A stretch of DNA of 63,884 bases, counting the filler, from Thraustochytrium aureum (lineage: Eukaryota): assembly GCA_012862495.1 (NCBI GenBank). It is 5 parts of 5 records of this genome, joined end to end, with 100 filler letters (N's around TTAATTAATTAA, not from the genome) between each part and the next. Parts side by side here need not be neighbours in the genome. Positions count along the whole stretch, not along the records: positions 1 to 11,855 come from BLSG01000133.1; positions 11,956 to 37,682 come from BLSG01000134.1; 3 more parts are not named here. One strand, written 5' to 3'. The translations under genes and the position numbers were made by a program. The notes beneath the pieces are model-generated. The model made no database searches. It saw only the letters and a program-made list of their open reading frames with translations, and was not told the origin of the DNA. Positions 10,607 through 22,400 of the stretch are shown in pieces; position 1 is the stretch's first letter, and each line of letters begins with the position of its first letter.

Positions 10607-11194
10607 CCTGGGCCGGGCCCGAGCCAGAACCGGTCCCTGTTCGCGCCGCCAGGGCCAGGCCTGGGGGCTGCAGTCCCGGGCCCAGCTGGAATGCGGCGGC
10701 GCGGCGGCCCTGGGCCTCCCATCGACGCTGGCGCGAGCCCGACGCGACAATTTGCCCAGGCCGGGCCGCTTCCTCCCTCAGCGATGGGCGGGGGCGCAGC
10801 GCCGCCGGGCGCGTACGCGCAAATGAAAAAGCATGATGACTTGGGCGGGCCGCTGGACGGCAACGGGCAGCACCAGTTCGGCGCGCGCCAGGTGGCGCAG
10901 TACGACCGATCATCGTTCCAGCAGCGGCGCAAGGCGATCGAGATGCAAAACGTGGAGACCATGATCACCGAGGTCAGCCAGATGTTTGGCAAGATGGCCA
11001 CGCTCGTGGCCGAGCAGGGCGAGATCGTCGACCGCATTGACGACAACATTGACGTCGCTGGCGCTGAGGTGCGCGCTGGGCAGAGCGAGCTCCTCAAGTA
11101 CTACAACAACCTGTCCAAGGAGCGGGCGTTCATCTTGAAGATTTTCGCCACCGTCATTGCGCTCGCTGTATTCTTTATCGTCTGGTGGCGCTGA
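10607..11194 (+). CDS. STX5: Syntaxin-5/Sed5-like Qa-SNARE, C-terminal part
   Basis: SNARE motif MQNVETMITEVSQMFGKMATLVAEQGEIVDRIDDNI...GQSELLKYYNNLS, followed by the TM segment FILKIFATVIALAVFFIVW. Confidence 0.9.
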   Translation, partial: PGPGPSQNRSLFAPPGPGLGAAVPGPAGMRRRGGPGPPIDAGASPTRQFAQAGPLPPSAMGGGAAPPGAYAQMKKHDDLGGPLDGNGQHQFGARQVAQYDRSSFQQRRKAIEMQNVETMITEVSQMFGKMATLVAEQGEIVDRIDDNIDVAGAEVRAGQSELLKYYNNLSKERAFILKIFATVIALAVFFIVWWR

Positions 11195-11373
11195 GCGGCG
11201 GCCGCGGCGGTGGGCCCTGTCGAGGAGCCGCGGCGCTGGTCTTTGGGTCGAGCGCCATGTACGACTAGAGATGAGAAACGTAAAGTTCACGTCGCTCTTT
11301 GCGACCCACTCCTCGCCACAGTTGCGTCTGCCAAGCGCCGGCCAATTTTTTCTATAGCAGAGTATATAAACAT

Positions 11374-11855
11374 TCAGGCAATTGCTGCGACCTGCAGGCC
11401 GCAGGATGCGCACGCCAGGCGCAGGGACCCGCCTTGGCGCGTTGGATCCAGTACAAAGCGCGGCCGGTTCAAGCAAGTCCCAATCCTGCTGTGCGCTTCC
11501 ATCGCACCCCCCAGGCACTGCTGCAGATCTGCGAGTGAGGTGCACGCAGGCCGCGTCGTGAGCCGAAACCCGCACGAGCAGGAGAATACGTTTCCAAACG
11601 AGACGACGTCGCTCGTCGAGCAGATCGGGCACAGCACGCTCGGTTCGCCGTCGCAAAAGCGCCAAAGCTGTTCGACTGCGCCATCGCGTGCGCGTAGTGC
11701 TCGACCTCGCGCTGCACTGCCACCTCGTCCTGCTCAAGTTCATACAGGTACTGCTCCTCTTCACGCATCATCTCTTGCAGAATCTCGGCTTCGAGAGCAA
11801 CGAGCTCGTCCTCGTCAAAACCGTCCCCTGCGCCAACGGTTGCGGCCGCCCCAAG
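11374..11855 (-). CDS. RPAIN: RPA-interacting protein (RPAIN/RIP)-like, C-terminal part, frameshifted near 11640-11670
   Basis: Acidic helix EQYLYELEQDE, then the zinc-binding C-terminus LCPIC...SCSCGFRL...H...C..RP.F...LRLACASC. Truncated by the scaffold end. Confidence 0.7.
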
Positions 11856-11955
11856 NNNNNNNNNNNNNNNNNNNNNNNNNNNNNNNNNNNNNNNNNNNNT
11901 TAATTAATTAANNNNNNNNNNNNNNNNNNNNNNNNNNNNNNNNNNNNNNNNNNNN
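11856..11955. other. Artificial scaffold spacer (44N-TTAATTAATTAA-44N)
   Basis: The 12-mer at 11900-11911 gives stops in all six frames. The same structure occurs four times in the window. Confidence 0.97.
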
Positions 11956-12106
11956 GAAAAAGACAGAGACTCTATCTAACTCCTAAACTTCAATACTATA
12001 ATAGGGATTTAATATTGACTACCAGTATTCAAGAGCAATTGTACCGGCCCAGCAGCCGCAACGGATACATGTCACTCCAGCAGAACAGAAACAGAGCCAC
12101 TGCAGC

Positions 12107-12149
12107 GGCAGGCAGGCAGGCAAGCAGGCAGGCAGGCAGGCAGGCAGGC
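12107..12149 (+). repeat. (GGCA)n microsatellite upstream of the ODAD3-like gene
   Basis: About 10 GGCA units with one GGCA>AGCA variant. Confidence 0.9.
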
Positions 12150-12356
12150 GGGCGCGAGGGCGCGGAACGGCCGAGCGCGCGGGGCGGCCAGGCACTCGAG
12201 CCTTCACGCCATTGCTCGTGTGCTCGTGCGGACTTGCTGCGTGCGGCGTTTGCTGCACTGCTCGGCGATCGCCGTCCAGGTTCGGTGGTCTTGCTTTTCT
12301 TCTTTCTTTCTTTCCTTCCTTCCGTCTGTCGGTCTGTCTTGTTTCCGAGGAAGCGG

Positions 12357-12426
12357 CCTTTGGCCTCGCCGAGCTGGCCGAGCTCGTGCACCCTTTGGCC
12401 TCGCCGAGCTGGCCGAGCTCGTGCAC
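12357..12426 (+). repeat. Perfect 35-bp tandem duplication
   Basis: CCTTTGGCCTCGCCGAGCTGGCCGAGCTCGTGCAC at 12357-12391 and 12392-12426. Confidence 0.9.
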
Positions 12427-12548
12427 GCTGCGGCTGAGCGGCAGCGAATTTATCGAGTCTATTGGAGGCTACTGCGTGGTCGGGGCAGATCGGCAAGCCG
12501 AGGGTCTTGGCTGGCACGAGCGTGGCCGCGCCACGGCGCGGGGACGGC

Positions 12549-15429
12549 ATGGTCGACGGCGCGCTGCCTCCTGCTGACGGCGAAAGCGCAGCGGCAACAG
12601 GGATAGCTGACGACGCGAGCCGCGGCGACGGTGGCAAGGCGCAGGAAGGCGATCGCGCGGCGCAAAGTCGGCCGGATTCGTCGGATGGCGACGAGAGCGC
12701 GGACAGCGAGGGTGGCGAGATCGTCTTGCGGGCCCATGTCAAGGCCAGAGAGCACAGCATCGCAAACCGGCATTCTGCTGATCAAGATGCGCTGTCAGAC
12801 TGGAACGGAAACGGTGCAGAAAGCATGATGCCAGCAGGCCCTCAAACCCACACGCCGTCGCGGCCCAAGCCAAAGACGAGCCTGCTGTTTTCTGCCATGG
12901 CGCGCGCTGACTCAAACTTGAGCGCCACCGGGCGCGTCATGTCGCCGCGCAAACGCAAAGTCAAAGCAATCAGCGACATGAACCTGACGCCCGTCAAGCA
13001 GCACGAGCTGGATATTCAGCAGCAGTACCTCCACGAGCTGCACCGCGACTTTAACGTGCGGAAAACCGTAGTCGTCAAGAACGCCAAACGCATCAAAGAG
13101 CTGAACGAGACGCTCGTGGAGCTGACGACAGACCTGAAAACCATCCGGGAGGAGCAAGCCGAGCTCAAAAGCCACGGCGCGCTCGGCGAGCAGCAAAGCA
13201 AGGAGCTCGAACGCCTCCGCGCCGCCATCGAGAAAGTGACAAGGTACTACCGCACGCTACAGTATATTCGGGAGCGGCTTCAGCGCAACAAGCTCGTCTA
13301 TGACTGCCGCGTTGAGGAGCTCAAGCAATCGATCCACGAAGCGAAAAAGGAGTTTAACGGCCACGTGTTTCGCCTCCGCGAGGCGGAAAATGTGGAGCGG
13401 CTCGCCGCTGCCGACCTCGAGCACGCCAAGGCAGACAGCGTGCGCCAGTTTGAAGAGTGGGAGGACCGCCTTGCGGCGCGGCGCGAGACCATGAAGGAAA
13501 CCAACGAAGTCCTCGAGTTTCGCGAGAAGCAGCTCCAAGAGCGGACGGCGATCATCGCCGAGGTCAAGGGCGACCTTGACGCAGACGGCGAGCAGCGCCT
13601 CCAGCGCAAGGTGGTCACCAACAAGATCAAGCAGCTGCGCCTCGCCAACGACATCGCCAAAAAGACCGAGCGGATTGACGAGTACGAGCGCGCGTTCAAG
13701 CGGATCGTCGAGGCCACCGGTATTAACAACATGAGCCAGGTCGTGGAAAAGTTCCTCTCGCAGAGCGACACCGCGGACAACCTCAAGTCGATGATCGAGG
13801 AGGCGACGGCCAAGATCGCCAAGCTGACGGACGAAAAGACGTCCACCGCAAGGAGGCAGAGCAGTTCCGTTTCGCGGGCATCAGCCACACCAGCAAGCAG
13901 CGCAAGGTGATCGACGACAAAGAGTCCCAGATCGAGGCCAACCTCAAGACCAACAAGCAGCTGCAGGAGCGAACCGACTTTCTGCAGCAGGTCCTGCGCG
14001 GCATCAAAGACGGCGTGACGCATATTTCCAACCAACTNNNNNNNNNNNNNNNNNNNNNNNNNNNNNNNNNNNNNNNNNNNNNNNNNNNNNNNNNNNNNNN
14101 NNNNNNNNNNNNNNNNNNNNNNNNNNNNNNNNNNNNNNNNNNNNNNNNNNNNNNNNNNNNNNNNNNNNNNNNNNNNNNNNNNNNNNNNNNNNNNNNNNNN
14201 NNNNNNNNNNNNNNNNNNNNNNNNNNNNNNNNNNNNNNNNNNNNNNNNNNNNNNNNNNNNNNNNNNNNNNNNNNNNNNNNNNNNNNNNNNNNNNNNNNNN
14301 NNNNNNNNNNNNNNNNNNNNNGGCAGCGGGGGCCACGGAGCGGCCGGCCTCGGGAACGGCGCTGGGATCGAGCCCTCTTGAGGACAGCAGCGACGGCGCC
14401 CCAGGCGCACCAGGGAGCGTGAGCGGCGACGCAGAGTGGTTCATCCGCGCGCTGAGCGCCTGCGAGGAGCGCGTGCAAAAGGTGCTGGAGGCGCTCCCAA
14501 GTAAGGACCTCCACATCGACGACATCGACCAGCGCCTTCTCGACAGGTACGGGCAGTCCAAGGTGATGGTCAGCCTCGGCAGAGACAAGACCGCCTCGTC
14601 GCGGAAAACGGCCTTCGCGGGCGCCAACTCGATCGAGAAGACGGGTGTGAAAAAGGTGCTGCAAATGAGCAAGCGCCCGGACGACAAAAAGCAACGCAAC
14701 GCCAAGCGGTTGTCCACTATGGTCCACTCCAAGGCCGTGGCGCGACGCCGCCAGCTCGCCGAGCTTTGTGACAAGTACAAGGCCGAGGCCAACCACGCAG
14801 AGATTCTACTGCAAGAGGCAGACAAGCTCCTGCAGCGCACCAAGGATTCGCCCGACGCCTCCCCTGAGCAGGTCTCGGCCGCAGAAGCCAAAGCCCAAAA
14901 GGCGCGCGAGGAAGCTGAAGCGGCGCGCAACCAGGCGCGCTCGACGAAAGCCAAACTCGAGGCCGTGGAGGACGAGCTAGCATCCAAGCGGGCCGAGTCG
15001 GCAGCTGCCGAGAGCACGTCGTTGGCAGACTCGGCCTCGGACTCTGGTTCGGAGCGCGAGGCTGCCGACGACTTTGAGAGCCTCGTGCCCACAATCGGGA
15101 ACGAGGCTGGCCGCGAGCTCATCAAGTCTGAGAACCGGCGGATTCTCAAGTTTGCCGAGAAAAAGCGCAAAAAGATATCCAAGGCACTCGCGGCCAACAA
15201 CTCGGGCTCAGAAAAGCTCAAGATCAAGCCTGACGCGCTCGAGCGCGAGGTCTTTGAAGCCACTCGCAACGAAACGCGCAAAATATCCACAATCCGCCCG
15301 CACCGGCACACGCGCCTTAGCTACATCCGCAAGACGTACGAGCAAGAGTCGGCGGCGGCGGCCGCTATCACGGCCGCGGCGCTGCCGAGCGCGTTCACGA
15401 GCTCGATGCGGAGCAAGCTGGAATCATGA
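12549..15429 (+). CDS. Long coiled-coil protein, outer dynein arm docking complex ODAD3/CCDC151-like; frameshift near 13840-13860, internal gap
   Basis: Extended coiled coil with YERAFKRIVEATGINNMSQVVEKFLSQSDTADNL, resembling the CCDC151 signature. It continues through ORFs 13907-14037 and 14419-15429. Confidence 0.65.
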
Positions 15430-15662
15430 TCTCTTTTGATTAAACCCCTACGAGCGGGGCAGCCAGGCCCGGTCTTGACATGCTTGCATGCCACGGTCTT
15501 CTCTGGCGCGAAGAAAACAACTTGTGTACGTAAATTCAATTGGTGTCCATTGCTGGCTGTTCAGCTGCCCAGCAGGCGCCACATTGCGGCGCGCACGCAC
15601 TGACACAAAGCGCGGTACTTGGCGCCCCCGCCGGCCTCGCTACGCCGCCTGGCTCGCGCCCA

Positions 15663-16255
15663 TCAAAGCACGGAGCGAATGGCCGCCGCGATTTTCGTGA
15701 TCGAGTCGTCCGTGATCCCCGGATGCTGATGCGGCCGTTCGAGGGCATGAAGATGTGAAAGTTCTTCTCCATGCTGGCAACCTGGTCCGCGCTCAGGCCC
15801 GTGAAGGTGAACATGCCGATCTGCGTGGTGATAAAGTCCCAGTCCCCGGGCGCCCCGCTCTCCTCAATGGCCTTGCGCAGGCCAGCCCGCATCGACTTGA
15901 TCCGATCCGTCATGCCCTTGAGCTCGGTCTTCCACTGTGCGCGCAGCTCTGGGTCGGTGAGGATCAGCGCCGCGATCGCAGCGCCGTGCCGCGGCGGGTT
16001 CGAGTACTGCGCACGAACGACCAGCTCGAGCTGGCTAATCACGCGGTCCTTGGCCCCGGTCGACGGGCACACCACGTTGAGGGCGCCAACTCGCTCACCA
16101 TAGAGACCCATGTTCTTGCTGTACGACTGCGCGACGAGCATCTGCAGCCCCTTCTTCTCGAACAGCCGCACCGCAAAGGCATCGTGCTCGGCGTCACCGC
16201 TCGCGTAGCCCTGGTACGCCGAGTCGAAAAACGGAAGCAGCTTGTTCTTGGCAAC
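15663..16255 (-). CDS. GOT: Aspartate aminotransferase (class I, PLP-dependent), C-terminal part; frameshift near 15722
   Basis: PFFDSAYQGYASGD, PLP lysine in QSYSKNMGLYGERVG, YSNPPRHGA, QIGMFTFTGL, GRISI. The corrected frame ends ...GITDDSITKIAAAIRSVL* at 15663. Confidence 0.93.
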
Positions 16256-17290
16256 NNNNNNNNNNNNNNNNNNNNNNNNNNNNNNNNNNNNNNNNNNNNN
16301 NNNNNNNNNNNNNNNNNNNNNNNNNNNNNNNNNNNNNNNNNNNNNNNNNNNNNNNNNNNNNNNNNNNNNNNNNNNNNNNNNNNNNNNNNNNNNNNNNNNN
16401 NNNNNNNNNNNNNNNNNNNNNNNNNNNNNNNNNNNNNNNNNNNNNNNNNNNNNNNNNNNNNNNNNNNNNNNNNNNNNNNNNNNNNNNNNNNNNNNNNNNN
16501 NNNNNNNNNNNNNNNNNNNNNNNNNNNNNNNNNNNNNNNNNNNNNNNNNNNNNNNNNNNNNNNNNNNNNNNNNNNNNNNNNNNNNNNNNNNNNNNNNNNN
16601 NNNNNNNNNNNNNNNNNNNNNNNNNNNNNNNNNNNNNNNNNNNNNNNNNNNNNNNNNNNNNNNNNNNNNNNNNNNNNNNNNNNNNNNNNNNNNNNNNNNN
16701 NNNNNNNNNNNNNNNNNNNNNNNNNNNNNNNNNNNNNNNNNNNNNNNNNNNNNNNNNNNNNNNNNNNNNNNNNNNNNNNNNNNNNNNNNNNNNNNNNNNN
16801 NNNNNNNNNNNNNNNNNNNNNNNNNNNNNNNNNNNNNNNNNNNNNNNNNNNNNNNNNNNNNNNNNNNNNNNNNNNNNNNNNNNNNNNNNNNNNNNNNNNN
16901 NNNNNNNNNNNNNNNNNNNNNNNNNNNNNNNNNNNNNNNNNNNNNNNNNNNNNNNNNNNNNNNNNNNNNNNNNNNNNNNNNNNNTGCTGCTGCTTCGCTT
17001 GTGGCTTGCGGGTCTGCCGAGGCCAGTGCCAATGCAGCACCCTCGTGCGTCGCAGCAAGATACGACTCCAATCGATTCCCTCGGCCCGTAAAATCGATTA
17101 TCTCTCAGTCCGCTCTGCGGCCCCAATGTACTCTACGTTGTTCGCTGCGCGTTTCTGCTCTTTCGAAGGAAAAGGCGCGGTGGGCCGCGCGGATGCGTTG
17201 TGGCGACAAGAGGAAGTGATGCACATACGAACTTAGTTGGTTGAAAAGAGTAAAAGTATTACGTATGAGTTGCGTTGCGCGGATCCTCAA

Positions 17291-17920
17291 CTAGACCTCG
17301 ATTCCCTCGTCCTTGAACATGGCAGCAACCGAGTCGTCGGTGATCATCTTGGCATAGTACGCCGCGAGGTTGGGGAAGGCATCCAGGCCCCCAGGCATCG
17401 CCGTTTTCGCCCACATCAGCATCGGCGTCGCCTGCGCGTCGACCAGCGTCTTGCGGTCCGTAACGAAGAACGCGCGGTCCTTCATGTGCGCCTCCAGAAT
17501 TGCGAGCTTGCCGCGCACGAGATCGAGGCCGGCCTCCTTGGTCTTTCCGACAGCGGCGGCGTCCTCGTCCTTGGTGAACCGGCCGGAAAAGAAGATTACC
17601 CAGAACGAGGGGTGCAGGTCGGCCGCCAAGAACGACGACCAGCGGAGCACGTCGGCTTGGTCCTCCAGGTCGCTGCCACCCAGCAGCTCCTCGTTGCCTG
17701 CGCGCCGGGCGAGAAACTGCAGAATCGCAACGTTTTGCGTCAGCGCCTTGCCGCTCGGCATCTCGAGCGCAGGGACTGCGCCGGTGGGGCTCACTTTGAG
17801 GAAGTCATCGCCGGGCTCGACCAGCTCGAGCGGCTGATCGGTCCACTTTGACAGGATGCGGGGTCCCAGCGACGACATGCCGGGCTTGTGGTACAGCTTG
17901 AGCGGCGCGGTCTCGGCCAT
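17291..17920 (-). CDS. Glutathione S-transferase, bacterial beta-class-like (209 aa)
   Basis: LKLYHKPGMSSL, FLKVSPTGAVPAL, LTQNVAILQFLA, RWSSFLAADLHPSF, TLVDA and FPNLAAYYAKM. Confidence 0.9.
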   Translation of the reverse strand: MAETAPLKLYHKPGMSSLGPRILSKWTDQPLELVEPGDDFLKVSPTGAVPALEMPSGKALTQNVAILQFLARRAGNEELLGGSDLEDQADVLRWSSFLAADLHPSFWVIFFSGRFTKDEDAAAVGKTKEAGLDLVRGKLAILEAHMKDRAFFVTDRKTLVDAQATPMLMWAKTAMPGGLDAFPNLAAYYAKMITDDSVAAMFKDEGIEV

Positions 17921-19448
17921 TTTCTCGCTTCTTTCTTGCCGCCTTTGCCGGTCCCGGTCCTGGATGCAGGTGTCTTGTATTTTGAACAACTGGGCTGCTT
18001 TGCGTTTGTTTGCTTGCGTTTGTTTGCTTGCGAATGTTTTGGGTTTGCCAAGCAACTCGTCAGCCCTGCGCCTGCCCAGGTCGCCTCCATGGGCACCGGC
18101 TTGATGGTGGATACATGCCTGCCCGGGCAAAAGCGTACGGGCAATGAGAAATGGGCCGCGGGCCGCCCTCGCCAGAACACAGCTTGGGCCCGACGAGTCG
18201 CGGCAAGGTCCCAGATTCTGCCGACAAGACTGCACACCTCGCAAAACCGTCAGGGCGGGCAAGCAAGCTCTCACGGCCCGTTGGGNNNNNNNNNNNNNNN
18301 NNNNNNNNNNNNNNNNNNNNNNNNNNNNNNNNNNNNNNNNNNNNNNNNNNNNNNNNNNNNNNNNNNNNNNNNNNNNNNNNNNNNNNNNNNNNNNNNNNNN
18401 NNNNNNNNNNNNNNNNNNNNNNNNNNNNNNNNNNNNNNNNNNNNNNNNNNNNNNNNNNNNNNNNNNNNNNNNNNNNNNNNNNNNNNNNNNNNNNNNNNNN
18501 NNNNNNNNNNNNNNNNNNNNNNNNNNNNNNNNNNNNNNNNNNNNNNNNNNNNNNNNNNNNNNNNNNNNNNNNNNNNNNNNNNNNNNNNNNNNNNNNNNNN
18601 NNNNNNNNNNNNNNNNNNNNNNNNNNNNNNNNNNNNNNNNNNNNNNNNNNNNNNNNNNNNNNNNNNNNNNNNNNNNNNNNNNNNNNNNNNNNNNNNNNNN
18701 NNNNNNNNNNNNNNNNNNNNNNNNNNNNNNNNNNNNNNNNNNNNNNNNNNNNNNNNNNNNNNNNNNNNNNNNNNNNNNNNNNNNNNNNNNNNNNNNNNNN
18801 NNNNNNNNNNNNNNNNNNNNNNNNNNNNNNNNNNNNNNNNNNNNNNNNNNNNNNNNNNNNNNNNNNNNNNNNNNNNNNNNNNNNAGCAGGGCAACAAAAG
18901 CTACAAGTCATCCGAGGCCAGAACGTCGGCTGCCATGGGCCATGGCAGCACACGACCGCCGCGCGTCCGGGCCGCGCGCGAGCGACGAGCTTCGGGGGCA
19001 CCGGGAGCTCTTCTTTTTTTCTGTTTTTCAGTGGTGCCTCGAAAAACGCCTTGCAACGCTCCCGATGATGGCGAACTCTGCAGGCAGGCTCGGAACGCGC
19101 AAAGCACCGCGCGCGCGCGCCACCGGGACGGGACAGGACAGGGCAGGACAGGAGCAGGGCGTGGCGTCCTGGCGTCGGTAGCTGGCGTTCTTGCAAGTAG
19201 ACCGCGCGGGCTGCGCGGGCTGCGCGGGGTCGTGGTAGCGTGCCCAGGTGGCCGGAATCTGGGCGAGGGGTCCAATCCCACCTGACTCTGCTACCTCCTG
19301 CCCGCCAGCCTGTCCACCTGCCTGCCCGCTCGCCTGGCTGCGTGCCCGCCTGACTGCGCGGACGCCCGGCCCGCGCTCAGCTCGCTGCCAAGCAGGCAGG
19401 CTGGCTGACTGGCTCTTGCCAGCGGGACCGAGGCGGCGGAGGGGCGAC

Positions 19449-22400
19449 ATGGCCGACGAGGACACAGCGGGCACGAAGAAACAGCGAGCGCGGGAGTCGA
19501 AGCAAGAAGATGGCTTTGTTGCGGAGCTGTTCGAAAACTTGCGCGGCGACGCGACGCAGAGCAACTTTATGCGCGCCTACTGCGGCGCGAAGAATGCAAG
19601 CAAGTTTGACGCGCGGAGGCTGCGCGCCTGGGATCGCCAAGCACCTGCCGCATGATCCCGCACCCTGCTGGAGCGCGGAGAAATGCCGAAAAGCTGGCGG
19701 CGACAGGCAGCGGGCCGGCCGCTGAGGCCAAGCATCTGGCGGGCTTGCTGCAGCGCAACAAGGAGGAGCGCAAAGACTTTGGCGTCGACTCGCTGCGCCT
19801 AGGCTTCCCACTGGTCCAGCTCACGGATGACAAGTCGGGCCGATCACTTCTGTGCCCGCTCGCTCTCTGGAAGGTCAAGCTCGAGCTGGTGAACGGCAAG
19901 TACATCCTCTCGCGCGAGTTCACGGATGTGGTCGAGCTCAACGACGCCCTGTGCCGGTACCTGAGTTCCGAGCGCGACCTGGACCTCCGCATGGGCGGGG
20001 TCTACAGCACCAAGGACTCGATCAACGACGTCGACGTCGAGATCCTGGCCGGCGTCGCCATCCCAGGGCTGAGCCGCGACCAAGCCGCAGAACAGCTGGC
20101 GGCGGCCCTTGGTCGCGGCCTGGACGCTGTGCCGGACGGACCGCCAAGCGGCGCCAAAGAGCGAGTCATATGGGGTGCTGTGCTGGGCATGTTCAAGTCG
20201 AGCAACGCAACCATCCTGCGCGACCTGGACCTCTATCGCCAACGCGGCCAGCTCGCGCTGTCGAGCGAGCCGATTCTCGACCCGGCGTCGGGCCTGCTGT
20301 TCAGCGGCCTGCCGCTCGACCCGAGCCAGTTCGAGGCCGTGCGCCAGCTCGCGCTGAACAAAAATCTAGTGATCAACGGCCCGCCAGGGACAGGCAAGAG
20401 CCAGACGTTGGCAGGGCTGCTGTCCTGCGCAGGCGCGAACGGCCTCAAGACCTTGGTGGTCTGCGAGAAAACCACCCCGCTGCTCATCTTGCAGCGCAAG
20501 CTGAACGAGCTTCGGTGGGGGGCCTGGACCGGGGACAGGTTTTCCGTGCTCATCTCCAACGTCCAAGAGCGCGACGAGGTGATCGCGCGCGCGCACGCCA
20601 ACCGGAACGAGATCGAGCAGACGGAGGAGGCCGTTCTTCTTGCAGAGGTGCGCCAGATGACCGGCGAAGTCGAGCGCCTGCGGCGCGAGATCGCCGTGGA
20701 GGAGGACAAGTTCAGGCGGCACAAGGAGATCAACGACCAGCTCGTCTCGTTCAACCTGACAGTCAAGGAAGCGATCGCGTTCGTCATCGGGCACAAGCTG
20801 GAGGGGCGCACGGTGCTGCGCCTTCCCGCCAAGCTGGACCTCTCCAAGACCGTTTTTGCCGAGGACCACCTCATGATGCTCAACCGGTGCGAAGAAAACC
20901 TCTCGCGCGACACCGTGCAAGCGCTGCGCAAGCTCAAGCTGACCGAGTTGTCGCTCCCCCTTGACCCGGACGCTCTGATCGTCGCCGCTGGTCAGCTCAA
21001 GCAAAGCGTCGAGCAGGTCCTCGCTGAGCGTCAGGCCGTTTTGGAAAAGGCCCGCAACGCAATCCTCGCCAAGCAGGAGGCGCACGTAGAGCTGTGGGAG
21101 AACCAGCACGCCGAGCTGCAGGCCCTCAAGGAGCAGGTCAGCGACGTGCCCCGCGAGCAGGTGCAGGCGTTCGACTCGCCGACTTGGCTGGACGCCGCCC
21201 TGTCCTTCTGGAACACCTCCAAGGCCAAACTGCGCTACTTGAAGTCTGCCCTCGACAAGGTCCGTGAAGAGCTCGTCCGCCTCGACGCCCCCGCGATCCC
21301 GGTCAACTTTACGCTGTCCAACATCGACCTCATCTTCAAGTGGAGCGCAAAGCACCGGTCCAAAGCCGTCGAGGCGGCGCGGAAACTGCGCGAAATGTCT
21401 GACGAGGCGGCCTGGGCCCACTACAAGGCCGAGGTGCCCGAGGCGAGCCGCGCCGAGCTGGAAGCTTGCAACGCTCGCGTGCGCGAGGCCGTGAGCGCGT
21501 CGCCGTTCTCCTCTGCTCCAGCCCAAGAGCGCTTTTCGGCGCTGCTCGACGAGTTCCTCGGCAACAAGGAGTGCATTTGGCAGCTCGAGAAGGAGCTTTT
21601 GCCGTTCTCACGCGACTCTCTGCCCTCCTGGCGCCAGGCCTCCGACTCGCTGACGTGCATGGCCGAGTTTGGGCTCCTGCAGAACGAGGCGTTCTTCCTG
21701 GAGTTTCTCGACAGCGGAGACCCGCTCTCGTGGGGGGACCGGCTCAAGCTGGCCATCCTCTCTCAGGAGGTGGAGAGCAAGTGCAAGGACCTGCTTGCCT
21801 CCGACTTTGTCCTCGACAAGCTCAGCGACTCGCTGGCGCACATCCAGAGGCATGTCAAGTCGCTGTTTTGCGCCCAGCACGCTCTGCGCATGCGCGGCGC
21901 GATCCACACCTACGAGTCGCGCAGCCGCCAAAAGTTCGAGCAGTACTACAACCGCGCCGCGAAGAACTCGCGCGTCAACTCGCTGCGCGAGATCGTCAAG
22001 GACCTCGACCTCTTCACGGCTTGCTTTCCGGTGATCTTTTGCACGCCCGAGACGGCGAGCACGCTGTTCAAGGGACGGTACCGATACTTTGACCTCGTGG
22101 TCGTGGACGAGGCCTCGCAGTCGCTCACGCACGACGCGTACGCGGCGCTCCTGAAGGGCCGCAAGGTGGTCATCGCTGGCGACAACAAGCAGATGCCGCC
22201 CACCACACTTTTCAGCGGTGGTTCGGGGCGGGACACGCCGCCGCCGAGTTTTTCGACGCCCTCGACGACCTTGACGACCTCGACGACATGCACTCTCTTG
22301 CGCCCGCTCCGTCTGGTGCTGCGGGCGGAGCTGCCGGCGCGGATGGCGACGTCGTGATGGCGGCCCCAGACGCCTCGGTGGCGCACGTTGCTCGCAACGC

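Noticed and set aside
11900..11911. Palindromic TTAATTAATTAA occurring four times (also 37727, 53482, 60135), which could suggest a piggyBac target or regulatory site
   Set aside because: It is always centred in exactly 44+44 Ns and gives stops in all six frames. It is an artificial concatenation linker, so gene neighbourhoods across it are meaningless.
12357..12426. 35-bp perfect tandem duplication as a possible insertion footprint
   Set aside because: Nothing lies between the copies. Simple slippage or an assembly overlap artefact explains it.
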